From Acanthaster planci (Eukaryota): a DNA stretch of 63,944 nucleotides. The stretch spans positions 810,671 to 874,614 of the forward strand of contig NW_019091357.1 of assembly GCF_001949145.1 (NCBI RefSeq), read 5' to 3'. Below, one piece after another: positions 47,349 through 61,099 of this stretch. The notes beneath the pieces were generated by a model. The model was not told the DNA's origin, did no database searches, and worked only from the letters and a program-made list of their open reading frames with translations. Positions within the stretch are counted from its first letter, which is position 1. Each line of letters begins with the position of its first letter. Made by a program: the position numbers and the translations under genes.

Positions 47349-50300
47349 GGTTTGTCTTTACGACACTCCGTTTGGACGCGAGTGTCTCGACAAGTCTCCA
47401 TGTTCAGTTACAGTCCGCATGTCTACATCATATCCACTAAGAACTTTGCATCTCAACATGACCAACTCCGTGTGGACGACGCCAGTACGAAGATCGAAGC
47501 TACTAATCCACGCCTTACCATTCTTCCCGAGGGCGTTTCTCACCCCTCTTACCACATGAACGGTCACGTGGTATCTGACAGACAACCTTTCCTGGGCCCT
47601 GGGTATAAGATAGTGGAACCGCCTCAGGGGATCGTACCCAGACGGCCAAAGATGGCTCCAACACCTGACCCCGCTGGGGCGAACACTACCCTTAGATTCA
47701 GTGTCTCCTCCGTCTCAAACACGCGGGAGGATCCTGTAAGGAGTGAGCCAAACACCAAAGCAGAGACAAGTAAACCCAGATTGATGAGAAGCCAATCCAC
47801 ACAGACAGAGCAGCTGTGTGGCTTGGAGAAGGCATCCATCTTGAGCAGATCCCCTTCAGCCCCTCCCTTCCAAGAGTGCTGCTATCACACGGAGTCTGTG
47901 CTTCGGTCTCGGGGAGCGTTCACTCGGGCCTCCTGGTCAGCCAAGGCCCACTACTCGGACTCGTCGTCCGGCGAGGGAGCCGATGCTGCTACTGACACGG
48001 ACTTGAGTTACTCTCTGGTGACGGCCAGGAATCCGATCGAGGAATGCCCATTGTCGGTCATCCTCATCGGAGACAGCGGCACGGGGAAAACTTGCCTCGT
48101 GGCTCAGCTCGCTGACAATATCTTTATGACGAACTATGATGTCACCGTAGGTGAGTTACAGCTCAATTGAAATTGCAGGTTTTCTTTATCGGCGCAATTG
48201 GGCGGTGAGGGGGACACCCCACCCCCCTGCCTCGATATCTGTGTATCCCCTCTCTTCCCACCGGTATAAAGAGCTTTGCTTTGGCTAATACCGTAAACCA
48301 AGGTAACTTTGGCACTCTGGGGTATTTTTGGCACAAGCCACACCCGTTGGTTGTGGTCGTCATATCTTTGCAACACGCTATATGAATGATATAAGATTCT
48401 CTTAAATTATTTAATGAAAGTAATTTTATCATAAAATACTGCTGGAGGCTTGGCCTGAAGGATTTTTTTTGTTGAAAACTTTGTTATAATCCTTTTCTAA
48501 TTTTTTTTCATTAAATTCGAGCAACCTGCCAAACCTGCCCCGAACCACAAGGTAACTTTGGTAGCACTGAATTAGACTCTAACTCACATAAAAAAAATAG
48601 ATGGATGTTTGCTACTACTAGATTGGACTTAAGGATTCATATGACAAACAAATACAACCAACCATGAAAACTGATGTTTGTTTTTGGAAAAGCAGAAACG
48701 GTCATCATTTTAACCTGCCAAAGTTATTCCTGTTTACAGTACTGCATGGCCAAACCTAGTGCACCTCTAAGTTAAACGAGGGTCGTAGTTTCACCGCAGA
48801 TTGAACGTCAGAATGTACTCTTGGGTGAAAGGAATTTAGCCACAAACATGCAAGAAATTCATTTCCCCAACACTTGATAATGAATGAAAACAAATTACCA
48901 TACAAGTTCAAAATGGTTCCGTTACGTTTCCCGTTTGAATGACACGAAGGCCTTATATTTGTATGTGCAGGCCTACGTCTAGTTTTGGGGGTTCCCCCAC
49001 AGCTCCTGAAATTTTATAGTTAACCAATGGAGGTAATATTCAATCGATCAATTGAGTTACCACGTAATAACGGTAAAGTAAGTGGCTAATGGCACAATTC
49101 TGCGAATAAATATTTCCCAACTCCTCTTAGTGACGAAATATTCCATTGTGAGTATACGAATATATGTATATAAATGTCTCGTTATTTTCCCTTTGTATGT
49201 TGCCGACGTAAATCAACAGAGTTTAGACCAAAACATGCACAAATTTATCTGCAAACATTTCAAAACGAAAGTAAAACTCTTTTTGCTGGGTGTTTAACTT
49301 TGGAGGTATAGTTCGGAGTGAGTTGATGTTACATGTATTTTGACCAAAGAGCGTAGTTTGCTTATGTAGGAACCGCCTCAACTAATCTATCACGTGCATT
49401 TACTAATCAGCTATCACGGCTACTTTACGGTACTCGTCCGGAATGATTGCACAAGAAACCATGATGTTGCTGAAATTACATTCGCAAATTGATACAGCTA
49501 TCATATTCAGTGTGGTTACATGTACTTGTTCCGGACACAACACTCCTCTTGCCTTTTTGTTATACTACGCTGGCGACTGTTTCCGTTCTGGTCCGCTGCC
49601 ACCGCGTGGCCCCGGGGGTCGAGGCTACTGTCTGAACTTTTCAAGGAAATACAAAGAAAATACGAATACTAGTCAATCACCGAACGAGGAATACAATTAC
49701 TCAACAAACAAAAAAATGTCAATTTAGCCCAGTAGGCCTACACGTTGTTCGACTTGCATGACTCCGTAAACAAAATATGAATTTAGAACGCTGTAGGGCC
49801 TATTTAGGCCTACGTCTGAGTTTTTTCTGAAAACTAGAATAGACACGGGAAAAGAGTGAGAGTAGTTAAACAATTGTGAAATTGTATTTGTCACCGATAC
49901 ACGCACACACTATTCTTTCTCTTTTATATTTTCGCTTTTTTACAGTCGTGACTTGTCAAAAGATATTTTATTGTTTTCACTGTTATTCACAGCGTTACTC
50001 CTTTTAGAATCGGATATCAACGTCCTTTACTCTCATTTACAACTCTAAAACCACTCAGTAACGAACACACATTATGGTTTATACCAATCAAATCTCATGG
50101 CCAAGTACGTCCGTCTTGTAAAAAAAACACTACCGATTGTTTCATTTTTTACTCTCTTATAAAGAAGAATCGAAATTAAACACGCTTGCTTACGTTGAGT
50201 TTTGTGAGGAACACAATCTACCCCATGCAAGACTGCTTGACCTCTGGTAAGCTGTATGCTCGCCTCGAAAAGAGTCCAATCCCCTATTGATAACAGAGTA

Positions 50301-52474
50301 TTTGTCTTCAGACAAGACAGTGTTGTTTGGCATCGGTCCGAATCGGTCATGGACGAAAGCAACCTGTTATCATGAAGTTTATAAAGCAACTCCTCTGTGG
50401 AGAAATATTTGACAGCTTAAATAGACGCGTTTCTATCATTTACTAAATGACCAACATCAGATAGCAGTTTCACTCTCACATAAACTCTTATGGTCGTACC
50501 TAACTGTGTGTGTCCTATCTTAGTTATAAGATAAACTGGAATTGATCCATATTTTCAAAACTTGAATACAATAATTATAAACCGATAAGGATAATCCGGT
50601 GGGCTCAGTGGTTTTCCGCACGTCGTGTTCCAAATCCCACATAGTACTTGTGCAGGACATGACGCTTTTTGTACATTCTCACACTTAGCTATCGAGGTGA
50701 CCTCGACTGAATATTTGTCAATCACAACAGAAACCAGTATTGAAATACACATGTATCTCGGGACAAAGGTCATTGTCAAATTTTGCCAACAGATTTCAAA
50801 ACCAAACAGAGACTTTAAATATTATAATACAATTAAATTTAAGTGTACATGCGTTTTGTGAGAGCGAGGTTGATTGGAGTAGGGAGGAAATCCTTTTGGC
50901 GTGATCTTAAGACTGAGACTTATCATTGTCAGGAAAAACCTCATTCTGTTCAGAAAACTCTGACGAGTAACGTTCTTCTCTGAAGTTTGAAAAGATGCTG
51001 CCTTGAGCAGAAGCACCCCTTAGTAGATTGAACAGAACCCCGGTTGGTTGGGAGTGTTCATGTTGCTGTTAGCGACGCGCCCGTAACGTGTGCATTTCAT
51101 AGTCGTTGGTGAACCAGCGAAGTGCAGTTCTGCCCAAGGGAGCCTCCGTTGCAAGGAAAATTGCGCCTTCTCTTGGTCCAGCTAGGGCTCATAAATTGAG
51201 ACTAGTTGACCACATCACTGATTATTTTTCGCCGTCACCCCAAACCCCTCCATTTCTTAGGAATCGACTTCAACATCGCTAGATTTCATCTCCCTGACGG
51301 TCGGCCAGTCAGGTTACAGGTATGGGATACGGCCGGTCAGGAGAAGTATCGCGCCATCACCAGCTCCTACTATCGCAAGGCCATGGGCGTTGTCTTGGTC
51401 TATGACGTCACCAGACGTGAATCACTGGACAACATTCTGAACATCTGGCGGAAGGAGGTCGAACAGGTTAGAAATTAGAGGCCCAATCTATTATGTTTAT
51501 CCACAATAAGAGCACATCTTTCGTTACTTCTATTCCTGTAAATATCACCATATTTTACATCTATTTAGAAAATTCAAGGTATGTTGGCACATTATATATT
51601 TTCATTTTGCATCCTTTTTTGCAGTACGCCGAGTCGGATGTTGTCCTTATGTTAGTTGGAAACAAAATGGACTTAGACGACTATAGAACCATCACAACCA
51701 GAGTAGGAGCAAAGGTACTAGACCAGGCGCAATAATCTAATACGTATTTGATATAATTTTAGGGTTTTTATCAATTATCATTTTGGTTTATTTAAAGTCT
51801 GGTGAAATGCATCATTTGCCAACTTCTCTATCACAGAATTAAGAGAATGTTTTTTAATTAATTGGCTTTGTGTATAGCATTTTGTGTTCATGAGAGTTAA
51901 AACAGCCTATTGTGTAATTTTTTGTAGGTAGCCGAGCAACTAGGCGCTATATTCTTTGAAGTCAGTGCGAAAGAAAATCTCAACATTCACTTGGCATTCC
52001 AGGCTTTTGCAGAAGTTATTGTAGAAAGTGTGGTACGTATTCAGGTGTACAGACGTGATCCATTCATTGGTTGTAATATTATTGGTACCACCTTACTGTG
52101 TGGGCTTCGTGCAGATGGTCTTCTGATGTACGGACATAACTTCAGGATACGAAATTAAGAGCATCTAATGCTGTGATTTACACCTCACGTTGTGAGCTTT
52201 ATATTCATTTTACATGTACGTGCATCTCCTAAGTAAATGATGTGTTATCTCTTTAGGGTATGAGACAGGGTGAGGCCCACCAGTCTCAACCGTGTCCCGT
52301 ACAGAATTTTCCCGCATTTTTTAGACTGTACTCACATTTTGTCCGGTTTTGTTTCTTGCTCAGTATTCTAAGCGGAATCCCTGTCTGAGCACCACCGCTG
52401 TCCACCTCGACTACAGCAACCACGACAGAAACGAGAACGTGAAAAAGACTAAACGTACATGTAATTGCTCATAG
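47349..52474 (+). CDS. Divergent Rab GTPase paralog with a long N-terminal extension. Exons: 47349-48150, 51261-51466, 51625-51714, 51928-52032, 52364-52474 (TAG)
   Basis: Spliced product: ..PLSVILIGDSGTGKTCLVAQLADNIFMTNYDVTVG/IDFNIARFHLPDGRPVRLQVWDTAGQEKYRAITSSYYRKAMG..EVEQ/YAESDVVLMLVGNKMDL../VAEQLGAIFFEVSAKEN..IVESV/YSKRNP..KRTCNCS*. All G motifs and a di-Cys tail are present, with GT-AG introns at the same positions and phases as Rab10. The exon-4 donor could be 52029 or 52032. Confidence 0.88.
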
Positions 52475-52856
52475 AGGGCGTGCTGAGCATGACAGAGGGC
52501 GCTTTTCGTCACTGCTGCAACATGAGTGGCTCGCTTGTTGAAACCGAAATGATGGATTAAGCGTCAGGGCACATGGACAATAAGCACACAATAGCTACGT
52601 GCTGAGATGCACTCATAGTGAACAGCCATTTGGGTTCCAAAGTCTAACGTTGTAGTTACTCTCTATACATGTGATTTAGAAGCATGTTTGCTACGTTCTC
52701 TGTCCCAACATGCTGCCAGAGTATTATCATAAGGTGCTCCAAGTGTACACGCACTGCCCTTTTCTTGAATGGCTGTTTAAAATTTCATAATTTCCTGAAC
52801 GTCTCTTGAATATGAATTTACAGCTTCATGTTTGAATGCGAGATACCATCAATGCA

Positions 52857-53012
52857 ATAGAGTACTGAAATGTGACGTCACTGTAAACCAGAAAGTGCAG
52901 TGCAAACGAATAGAGTACGCGCGCGTGTTGGTTCACGCGCTGGTTCTCGCGCTAATGCCTTTTAGGCCTACACACTAATTGTGCGCGTGACGTATTCACT
53001 TAGTTACTGTAT
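52857..53012. mobile_element. MITE family copy with TATAGAGT..TGACGTCA termini
   Basis: Aligns along its length with 58793-58937; imperfect TIRs. Confidence 0.55.
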
Positions 53013-53184
53013 AGGCCTTAATCCGCAGTTCGTAAGTAACTTCGTCACACACAGACGCGCCACTGATTGCATGCAGGCTTCCATTGGACCATGGTTCCAT
53101 GTAACTTTAATGCAGTGGGCGTGGTTTAGACTGAAGTGACGTCACATTTACGAACCGGATACACGCCTAGCACATGCATTACTA

Positions 53185-53361
53185 CAATACGGGCGTTTCA
53201 CAGTATTGCGTCTCCAAGAGTTTGCAGCGCGTTGGCCAATCACAATGCGCAAAATCTGTCGACCCAATGCGCGTTTGGAAATGGTCGACAAAATTCGCGC
53301 GTTGTTATTGGCCTGCGCGTAGCAAACTTTTGGAGACGCAATATTGTGAACGCCCGTACTG
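53185..53361. mobile_element. Fold-back MITE with ~78-bp imperfect arms
   Basis: CAATACGGGCGTTTCACAGTATTGCGTCTCCAA..GTCGACC pairs with GGTCGAC..TTGGAGACGCAATATTGTGAACGCCCGTACTG. Confidence 0.7.
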
Positions 53362-54278
53362 CACTTAATGTATATAACTTATTGTTGTCCGTGAAATTCA
53401 AAACATCCTGCACTTAGGGTGGACAAATAATGCCATGACCGTCATTTCTATGTAGACGATCACTGAAATTATCGAAACGCTCAAATTTTATACACTTAAA
53501 TGGAGAGTTCTTTATAATCCATGTCAAAGGAAATGGGTAAGAGGAGGTGTGTATATTGTCACTGGTTAAAACGTCGTAACCGACAGGCGCAGTCCGTTCA
53601 TCTATTCCAACTTTAACGAAATTAATTCAATACAGTTGTCGGTATTTTTAATCTTTAAAAAGGAAAGACGATTTCTTAACATATTCAGAAATCATAAGGA
53701 AAATCGCTAAGTTTTTTACATGTGCCAAGATTTTGGAATTAAGAGTTTTAGAAATTGTTTTTAGGATCTAGGCACTGCATTTTATTAAATGTGACTAACG
53801 GTTGCTTTTGTACATTATTTCGGGAAAATGCACAGTGTGATTTCTAGAGGATATTTTTCAGGAAATTGTTTCGTGCAATTGCCTTTATTGGTGAGTTACG
53901 GTTGGTGGTGGAGTAGTGCGTGCAATGATAGTGAAAAGTTGGTGAACTTGGAAATTGAGGTTTTTTTAGCGAAAGCTGTTTGATTCCTGTTTGTTAAGCA
54001 TCGTTTATTCTTGTCAGAAGTATCCTGGAGCCAAGAAGAAGGGTTATGGCTGTTTCATCCTGTTTGCTACGCAAACTGTGGTTTGTTTCATCCATCCTAA
54101 GCCAGAACAAGATTCCTCACAAATGAATAATATATTGCTATCATATTCAACCAAAGCCTTTAATGCGTTGTGTAAGCGCAATGCCTAGCAAAATATTTTT
54201 ATTTTAAACAGGTGCAAAGAATCAGCAAGACCAAATTAAACCAGTTTCTATTTACAGTATGGCATTGTAAATACGTGT

Positions 54279-57200
54279 ATCTCGTCTTAAAATAAAACTT
54301 CAGGAGGTCGAGATTGAGGAATCATCTTGTCTGGTCTGTAGTTTGTTAGATGTCTTACAAGGAGACCTTTGGCTTTGAAATACATGTACATTGCATTATC
54401 AGGTGTCTCTCCATGTAGGTGAGCATGACCCAACCTCGTCGTCAGTGGCTACTTTATGTCCGGGATGGCTGCCAATAACCAGGGGTTTATCCTGGGGGCA
54501 CACTACTGGGCATGATTATGTGAGTACTGCGTACGGCGGCCAAATCACAGTGTGTGTGTTTCTATGAAATAGAGCATTTTGTGGCCCACGAACGTGAAAA
54601 CTTTTAGAAAAGGCAGGTTTAGGTGACCCAAACGAACGCTAGCTTGTGCTGATTTGGAACAAATCGGTGCTTGAAACGGTCTATTTCTCGAGAAGTGTGT
54701 AGGTATCCAATTTTCAAAGTGGCGAGGGCTGCACGGCAGCTTTTTACGGGTAAGCTTCTGTAGAAAAAGGTATTTTTCAGGTATTTATCACGATTGGCTG
54801 TACTCGGTCTGCACCCTACGTAGCTCGGGGACAAGTAGCGCACAGGCCGTTACCGCGGAATGACAAACGGGGGCGCCACCAACAAACGTAGACTCCTTGG
54901 TGAACAAAGCCATAAGAATTGGACATTGTACTCAAAACTATAGCTACCTCATAGACGTTCCTTCGTGTAGGCTCCTCCCAATTATGTTTTGTTTGAGACT
55001 TGTCACATTCCTTGTTAAAGTTGAAGGAACATAATATGCATTCCGTCACTGCTGTTCCACTTCTTCTACTACCGACTTTGTACTGCACCGTCAGACCTCG
55101 TTATTTTGGAACCATTAGGCCTATGCCATGTCTGTTGCACGGCAGTGCTCCATCCAGCAATCTACACTGTTGAATTGAAAGTTCTGAGTTCTGCTGGAAT
55201 TCCGGTGGAACCGAAACAAGGAAAAGTGTTTGAGAAATGTCACATGTGATCTCATCTGCCCACAGGGTCAAAGGCGACGCTTAGCGCTAATATGACGTGC
55301 GTGCCTCATGACTGCGTCGTGGTGGCGATGAAGAAAGATGTTTGTGTTTTCCGAATTCCATGTAGGAGTATGATAATTTCAGCCTTCCGGAGAAACAGGT
55401 CTTCGAATGTAAGTAAATGAATATCATATTCCTCAAAACACTATGTAGAAAACTTGCTTAATACACCGCCCCTTTCGTGCTTATTTACGTTCAAATGTAT
55501 AACTCAGGCATGTAATTTTCTGGCAGTTACCAATAGGCTTTTTAGAAGCGTGGCGGACACAATAGGAGAGTGCCGATTGGTTTGGGTAAAATCTTTTGTT
55601 TGGTCCAAATTTACCCATTTCAAATAGTGTCCTCCCGTTTCCGCCATGCTTCGAAAAGGCTAAAGTCCTCTAGCCTGACAGGCAGACACTGCAGACTAAA
55701 TGGATTTTCTCAGCACACAAAAGACGTGTACACCCATTTGCTCCATACCTTATTGGCAAACTAACAACGTACGCAATTCAAGTAGTTTGAGATTAGTGGA
55801 CCATGTCAGATCAGTTTTACTGACATGGAAATCTTACTTTATGGGCCACTTCATAACCACTGTGTATTTGTCAATGCTGTCAACCGTACATGTGAAACTG
55901 AGTTTTAGTAAAATAATTTGAACGATTTCGCTAGACACCGAAAACTATGATTTTTCTGAGGTGAGCACGTAATACAAAATACAAAACAAAATTTATAGAA
56001 TGATCCCCAGAACACGCTTACATGGACCTATATCTCTCCTGTTTTACGACATCTTCATTGGCTACCAATGAAATTCCGGATAACTTTTAATTAATTCTGA
56101 TCTTGTTTTACAAATCTATACATGAAGCTGCTCCAGTCTATCTCAGTCCAAGGATTAATCAGAAAATGTAATCCGCCAAGGATTCTTCGCTCCAACAACA
56201 AAGATCTCACTCCATATCCAATTCTTACCAAATCATATGGTCAATGTACCTTCAAGAAGTATGTACTGTATGGAACTGTAACTTTCACAGCTGATTGTAA
56301 TTGTATCTTTCTTGATACTTTGGTCTACAAATCAGCATTCCCTTGACGAAAACCAATCTGCTAGTAACTCTATCTTTAAAATATATGCAGTATGGCATTG
56401 TACATATGTGACCCACGCTGTGGAAATGAGTCTAAGTCGCCTGAGCCACTTTGGAGTAAAAATCCTTCAGAATAATTTTGCACAGTGTAAGTCAGTGGGA
56501 ACCTACAGCATTTTTCACCATGGAGTATCCAATTTATCAGGAAATACCAAACTGAGTGATACATCAAAACAAAAAACTCAATTTGCTCTTTCCAGTACAA
56601 ACGAAAACTCAAAAAGTAGCCCTGGCAACTGAAGACTCATTTTCACAGAATGGGTCACATATCTCGTCTTAAATGAAACTCCCAGGAGATTGTGGATATC
56701 GTTTTGTCTGGTTCGTAATTTATTAGGGGTCTCGCAAAAACACCTTCGGTTTAGGTGAGCATGACCAAAGCTCGTCGTCAGCGGTTATTTTATACCCAAT
56801 CATGGCTTCCAATAGCGAGCAGTTAGTCATGGGGGCGTACTACTCGACTTTACGGGGCCGAGGCAGCGCATGAGTTGTTGTTGCAGAATGACAAAAAGGG
56901 GGCGCCGTTCACAAACGCAGACTACCCCGAACTAGCTACTCAGGGCTTCAAAAATGATGCGCCGAATTTTGACATAGGATATCACTGACTATCTCTTATG
57001 CAAGCTCCTCACGTTTTCTTGGAGACTTCAGCTAGTGCTAATACAAAATTTGGTCAAATTCCTCGTTCAAGTTGAAGGAGCTTAATTAGCATTCCGTCAC
57101 GGTTGTTCCACTTCCAAGTTTAATGACCCACTATCGACTTTGTACCGCACCGCCAGCCCTCCTGGTCACGTCAGACACCGGCGTATAGTGCTCTATCCAG

Positions 57201-58390
57201 CAATCTACACTGTTGAATAGAAAGTTAATTGACTGCTGGAATTCCTCTGTAACTAAAACCAGGAAATGTTTTGATAGATAGGAAGCGACTTAATACTAGC
57301 CCGTGAAACCTGGTGCGCTACTTTTTTTCAGTAGCTGGGGTGACAAATGATTCATGAAGAGGGGACAATGCACTACACCATTTAAGACATTTCAAAAACG
57401 GGAATTCATTACGTCGCTTCGATAGCTTAGATAGATATCACTTGTAATGTCATCTGTCCACAGGGTCAAAGGTGGCGCTGTTAATGTGACTAGATGAGGG
57501 GCAAGCAGTGACGTTGGTAGGATTTTACAAGTTAGAGGGGACTCAAGGGGGCACCAGCTTTCAGTGTTGTATTTTTTTTTTGGGGGGGAGCTTTTGTTAG
57601 TCTTGTTCACCATCCAATCATCAGTTTTTTTGTGGTGGGGGTACTGGGAATTTGTGGGGGGTAGGTGCCCCCTGATTAATCATTGTTGTCTGATTGGCAG
57701 AAAGCATCACAGTCATCATAATCGACGGTATGTTTCAACCAAAACTGATCTGCTCCCTTAGCCTTTAGGTCGCTTTGAGTGATCTCTGGACTGAGGAGGA
57801 ACCCGAGTTTAGGCGAGGGTCGAGACCCCAACCGGTTTCAGACTTTATCCTCAAACTAAGGTTAGGCCCGGGGAAACAACCACATACCCACATTATTTAT
57901 GATCTCGTCATGGGCAGAGAACAAATCCATTCCCGAAATTTAGCAAAAGAATATGCTAAAAGCATACATATGTTGTTTTCCCAAGGCTTGCGTGCCACAT
58001 GACTGCATCGTGATGGCGATGATGAAAGATGTTCACGTTTTCAGGAATAATAATTTCAGTCGTCAGGAGAAAGAGCTCCTAGAATGTAAGTAAATGTTTA
58101 TCATATTCCTCAAAACACGCGTTTTTTTGGTTGTTTTTTTCTGCGCACAATAGACGTGTACAGCCAGCTTCACACTGCACCTTATTGGTAAACTAACCAC
58201 GCACGCTGTTCAAGCATTTCAAGGTTAGTGGGCGATGTCAAATCTGCAAAACTGAAAATTTTAATTCATGGGTCACCTCATAGCCACTGCGTATTTGTTA
58301 ACTCAGCCAAACGTACATTGGTGCTTGAAATTAAGTTTCAGAAAAAGAATCTGAGCCATTTTGCTAGACACCAAAAATTTTGATTTTTTT
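54279..58390 (+). repeat. Diverged direct duplication: ~54279-55960 versus ~56661-58390
   Basis: About ten colinear shared blocks, e.g. AGGTGAGCATGACC (54418/56754), ATCCAGCAATCTACACTGTTGAAT (55152/57195) and GAATGTAAGTAAATG (55406/58082). Confidence 0.8.
56404..56662. mobile_element. TIR element with ATATGTGACCC termini, related to 33094-33511
   Basis: ATATGTGACCCACGCTGTGGAAATGAGTCT ... AGACTCATTTCACAGAATGGGTCACATAT. Confidence 0.6.
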
Positions 58391-58792
58391 TTGGGGGGGG
58401 GGCGTAATTTCTGTACCGTGTCGGCACAAACTGATGTGTTAAACTCTTTGAAACGGGTGAATATTAATAAAGTTGAAATTTGAATGTAGGTTACCCGGAC
58501 TTTCAAGCGCCCGTTCAATGTTCGAGCAAGCGTAACAAGTAATTGTTGTTGAAATTGTACGGATGTCTATTTTACAGACTGAGAGTACATTTGGAAGTAA
58601 CTGATTCCGATTTTAGTGCAATGGACAGTTTTGTACGCTTAGTGATCATTGCTGTAACTTCGTGGCTGGTAGAGTTGGAGTAGTGATACCTAGTCTCCAT
58701 CTCCAGCGTGATAAATCGGTCTTGTGGCTTCACTCTTGATAAGTAGGTAATTATGTTCAAGTAAAATGGAAATGATTTAAACTTCTGGCTGC

Positions 58793-58937
58793 TATAGAGT
58801 ACCGAAGTGTGACGTCATTCGGAACCAGTTGATGCCGTACAAATGAATGGAGTACGCGCGCGCGTTGATTCACGCACGGGTACTCGCGCTTTTACACACT
58901 TAAGTGTGCGTGTGACGTTTCACTTCCGCACTCTATA
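58793..58937. mobile_element. MITE family copy (same family as 52857-53012)
   Basis: TATAGAGTACCGAAGTGTGACGTCA ... TGACGTTTCACTTCCGCACTCTATA. Confidence 0.6.
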
Positions 58938-61099
58938 TCCACACACTTGTATTCTTTCAGTCCAAGATAATGTTGAGTAAAGTACTGACGTAATACGCAT
59001 CTACCATAAACAGCAGTATCAATGTGCTAAAACGTAGCTGCACCAAGTTCTCATTCAATAGAAGGATTTATTTCACTCAAGGGAAACTAGGCAGAATCGG
59101 CCCTATACCAAAAATTGGGAAAAACCTAGAATTTGTCGACTAACGGTATGCACATCTGCTTGACTAACACAACGACCTTGAATCAGCCAGCTTGGCGCTT
59201 GCGTTCAAACACTGAGTTAGTAGGCTGAGCGCTTGCTAAAATTAACAGCAGTTTCATAAGTGGGTTTGCCGCGTTACGACTTCTAACTTCGGGGTTTGCA
59301 GTAATGGGATACCCGATAATTATGTGTATTGCGCTCTAGTGCAGTGTCGTGTGGAAGAACTCTCATATGGATTGTCTTCATTTACTGTTTAGTGGATTGC
59401 AGTATCCACGCGGCATTCCACTTTTCTTTCTATGTACCATACTGATATGCACCATTACTGTGGGGGATAATGATCTCTCGTGTACACATAAAGATCTGCA
59501 GACAGCTTTGAAATGCACCTACAACTCGTCTAATCTACTATAAGGTTGTGCTTGTCCTTGGCTATGTTCTTCAAGTTTCTTTATGAGAAGATTGATTGCT
59601 TTCCCCAAACCCCAGCCGCCAATTGGCAACCGCATTTCCACCTCACACTGATTTTTGTGTGGTAGGGGAATCCAATGTGGCCGGGACCTGATTTCAGACT
59701 ATCAACAAAAACTCGGACATCTTGTTTGAACTGGTGCGTCCCGAAGATTACAGTCTGGTGTAATATGGCACCACTGAAAGGAATCAAACATGGTTGTCAG
59801 GATAGGCAGATAAAAAGTTATCGCGGCTCTTTGTCCGCTGTGTTAGTCTTTGGAACGTTGAACTATTTGCGGTGGGAGTAATTGTGGTCGAAGTTGAAAT
59901 GTTATCTGCAGGAGATTAATGGTTTTTACAATATCTTGGTGAAGTGCCAAAGTTCTCGAATGGAAACCTAGAAAATGTAGGTAATAATCAGCCGGCCGCT
60001 GTTTGTAAACCCTGGCATGGCAGATGAATGGTTTTTTTCAAGTCTGGGCTGCTTCCGGTGTTCTGGTGTTAATTGTACCTTTAAATTCAATATTAAATGT
60101 GTGCTAAATAGTGAAATACGTACTGATTTGACGTCCTTTTATGATGAGCTAGCTGCTTGCTGTGTCAAAAACACTGACTGAGTACAGCCTTGGACACAAA
60201 GTGACCGATGTTGCTGACTCGGAGGTCATCTGTCGCTTCCATAGTGAAGTTTGCAGTGTAAGCTGCCTTCTATAGTGTTGACATTATATGGTTTAGCCGA
60301 AAGTCGACACGTGTCGACAGGTTGCTTTATATTGACTTCTGTTAGCTGAGTGTATGCCGGCACAAACATCTCCAGGAAACGCTGGTGATACGGAGCTTGG
60401 AACTGACGCCTCAGATGTGAGAAATCACACCTATTCATTCTCAACGGCTGTGCAGTGGTTTGCTGGTGAGTGTATCATATTTATTGACAATGGTAGAACC
60501 AAAGAAACTGACTCTTTGTCGTTTGATGAGAGCAACTTTGGCAATTTCTACAGGTGAAGGATTACAGAGAAAAACCTTCGTAAGGAAAAAAGATGAAAAA
60601 AATCTTCTGGAAACGCAGGACCAAACTATAACGAGACCGTTACACTCGATTTGTGCGCAAGCCAAGATTGTCCAACCAGCCCAGTCTATCGCAGCTCTTG
60701 TCCACTGCCTGCTGTGATTGGAAGACAAAGCTATTCTTTCTGCTAAAAACCCTCCGGTTGATTTGGTGTAAGGCTCAACAAAACCTTAACACCTATCATT
60801 TATGTCATATCTCGTTTTTACACGTTACGGGCGTTCAAGGAACTGAACTCTATACAATTAATGTACATGTTGCAAACTATTTGGAGAATGATACATTCGT
60901 CTTGACGCCCGCTGTGATTAATAGCAGGTAATTTGAAGTTCTTCTTAGACAACCTTTTCGATAAAATTGTCAAAAAGTACCGGTCACAGCTCGTAAATAA
61001 TTATATTTACAAACTATTAGTGAACGGCACTTTCTGGGTTGTATGAGTATAAAGCTATTACCGACTGAAAATGAAATCACAATCCAAAGAAGTCCACTT

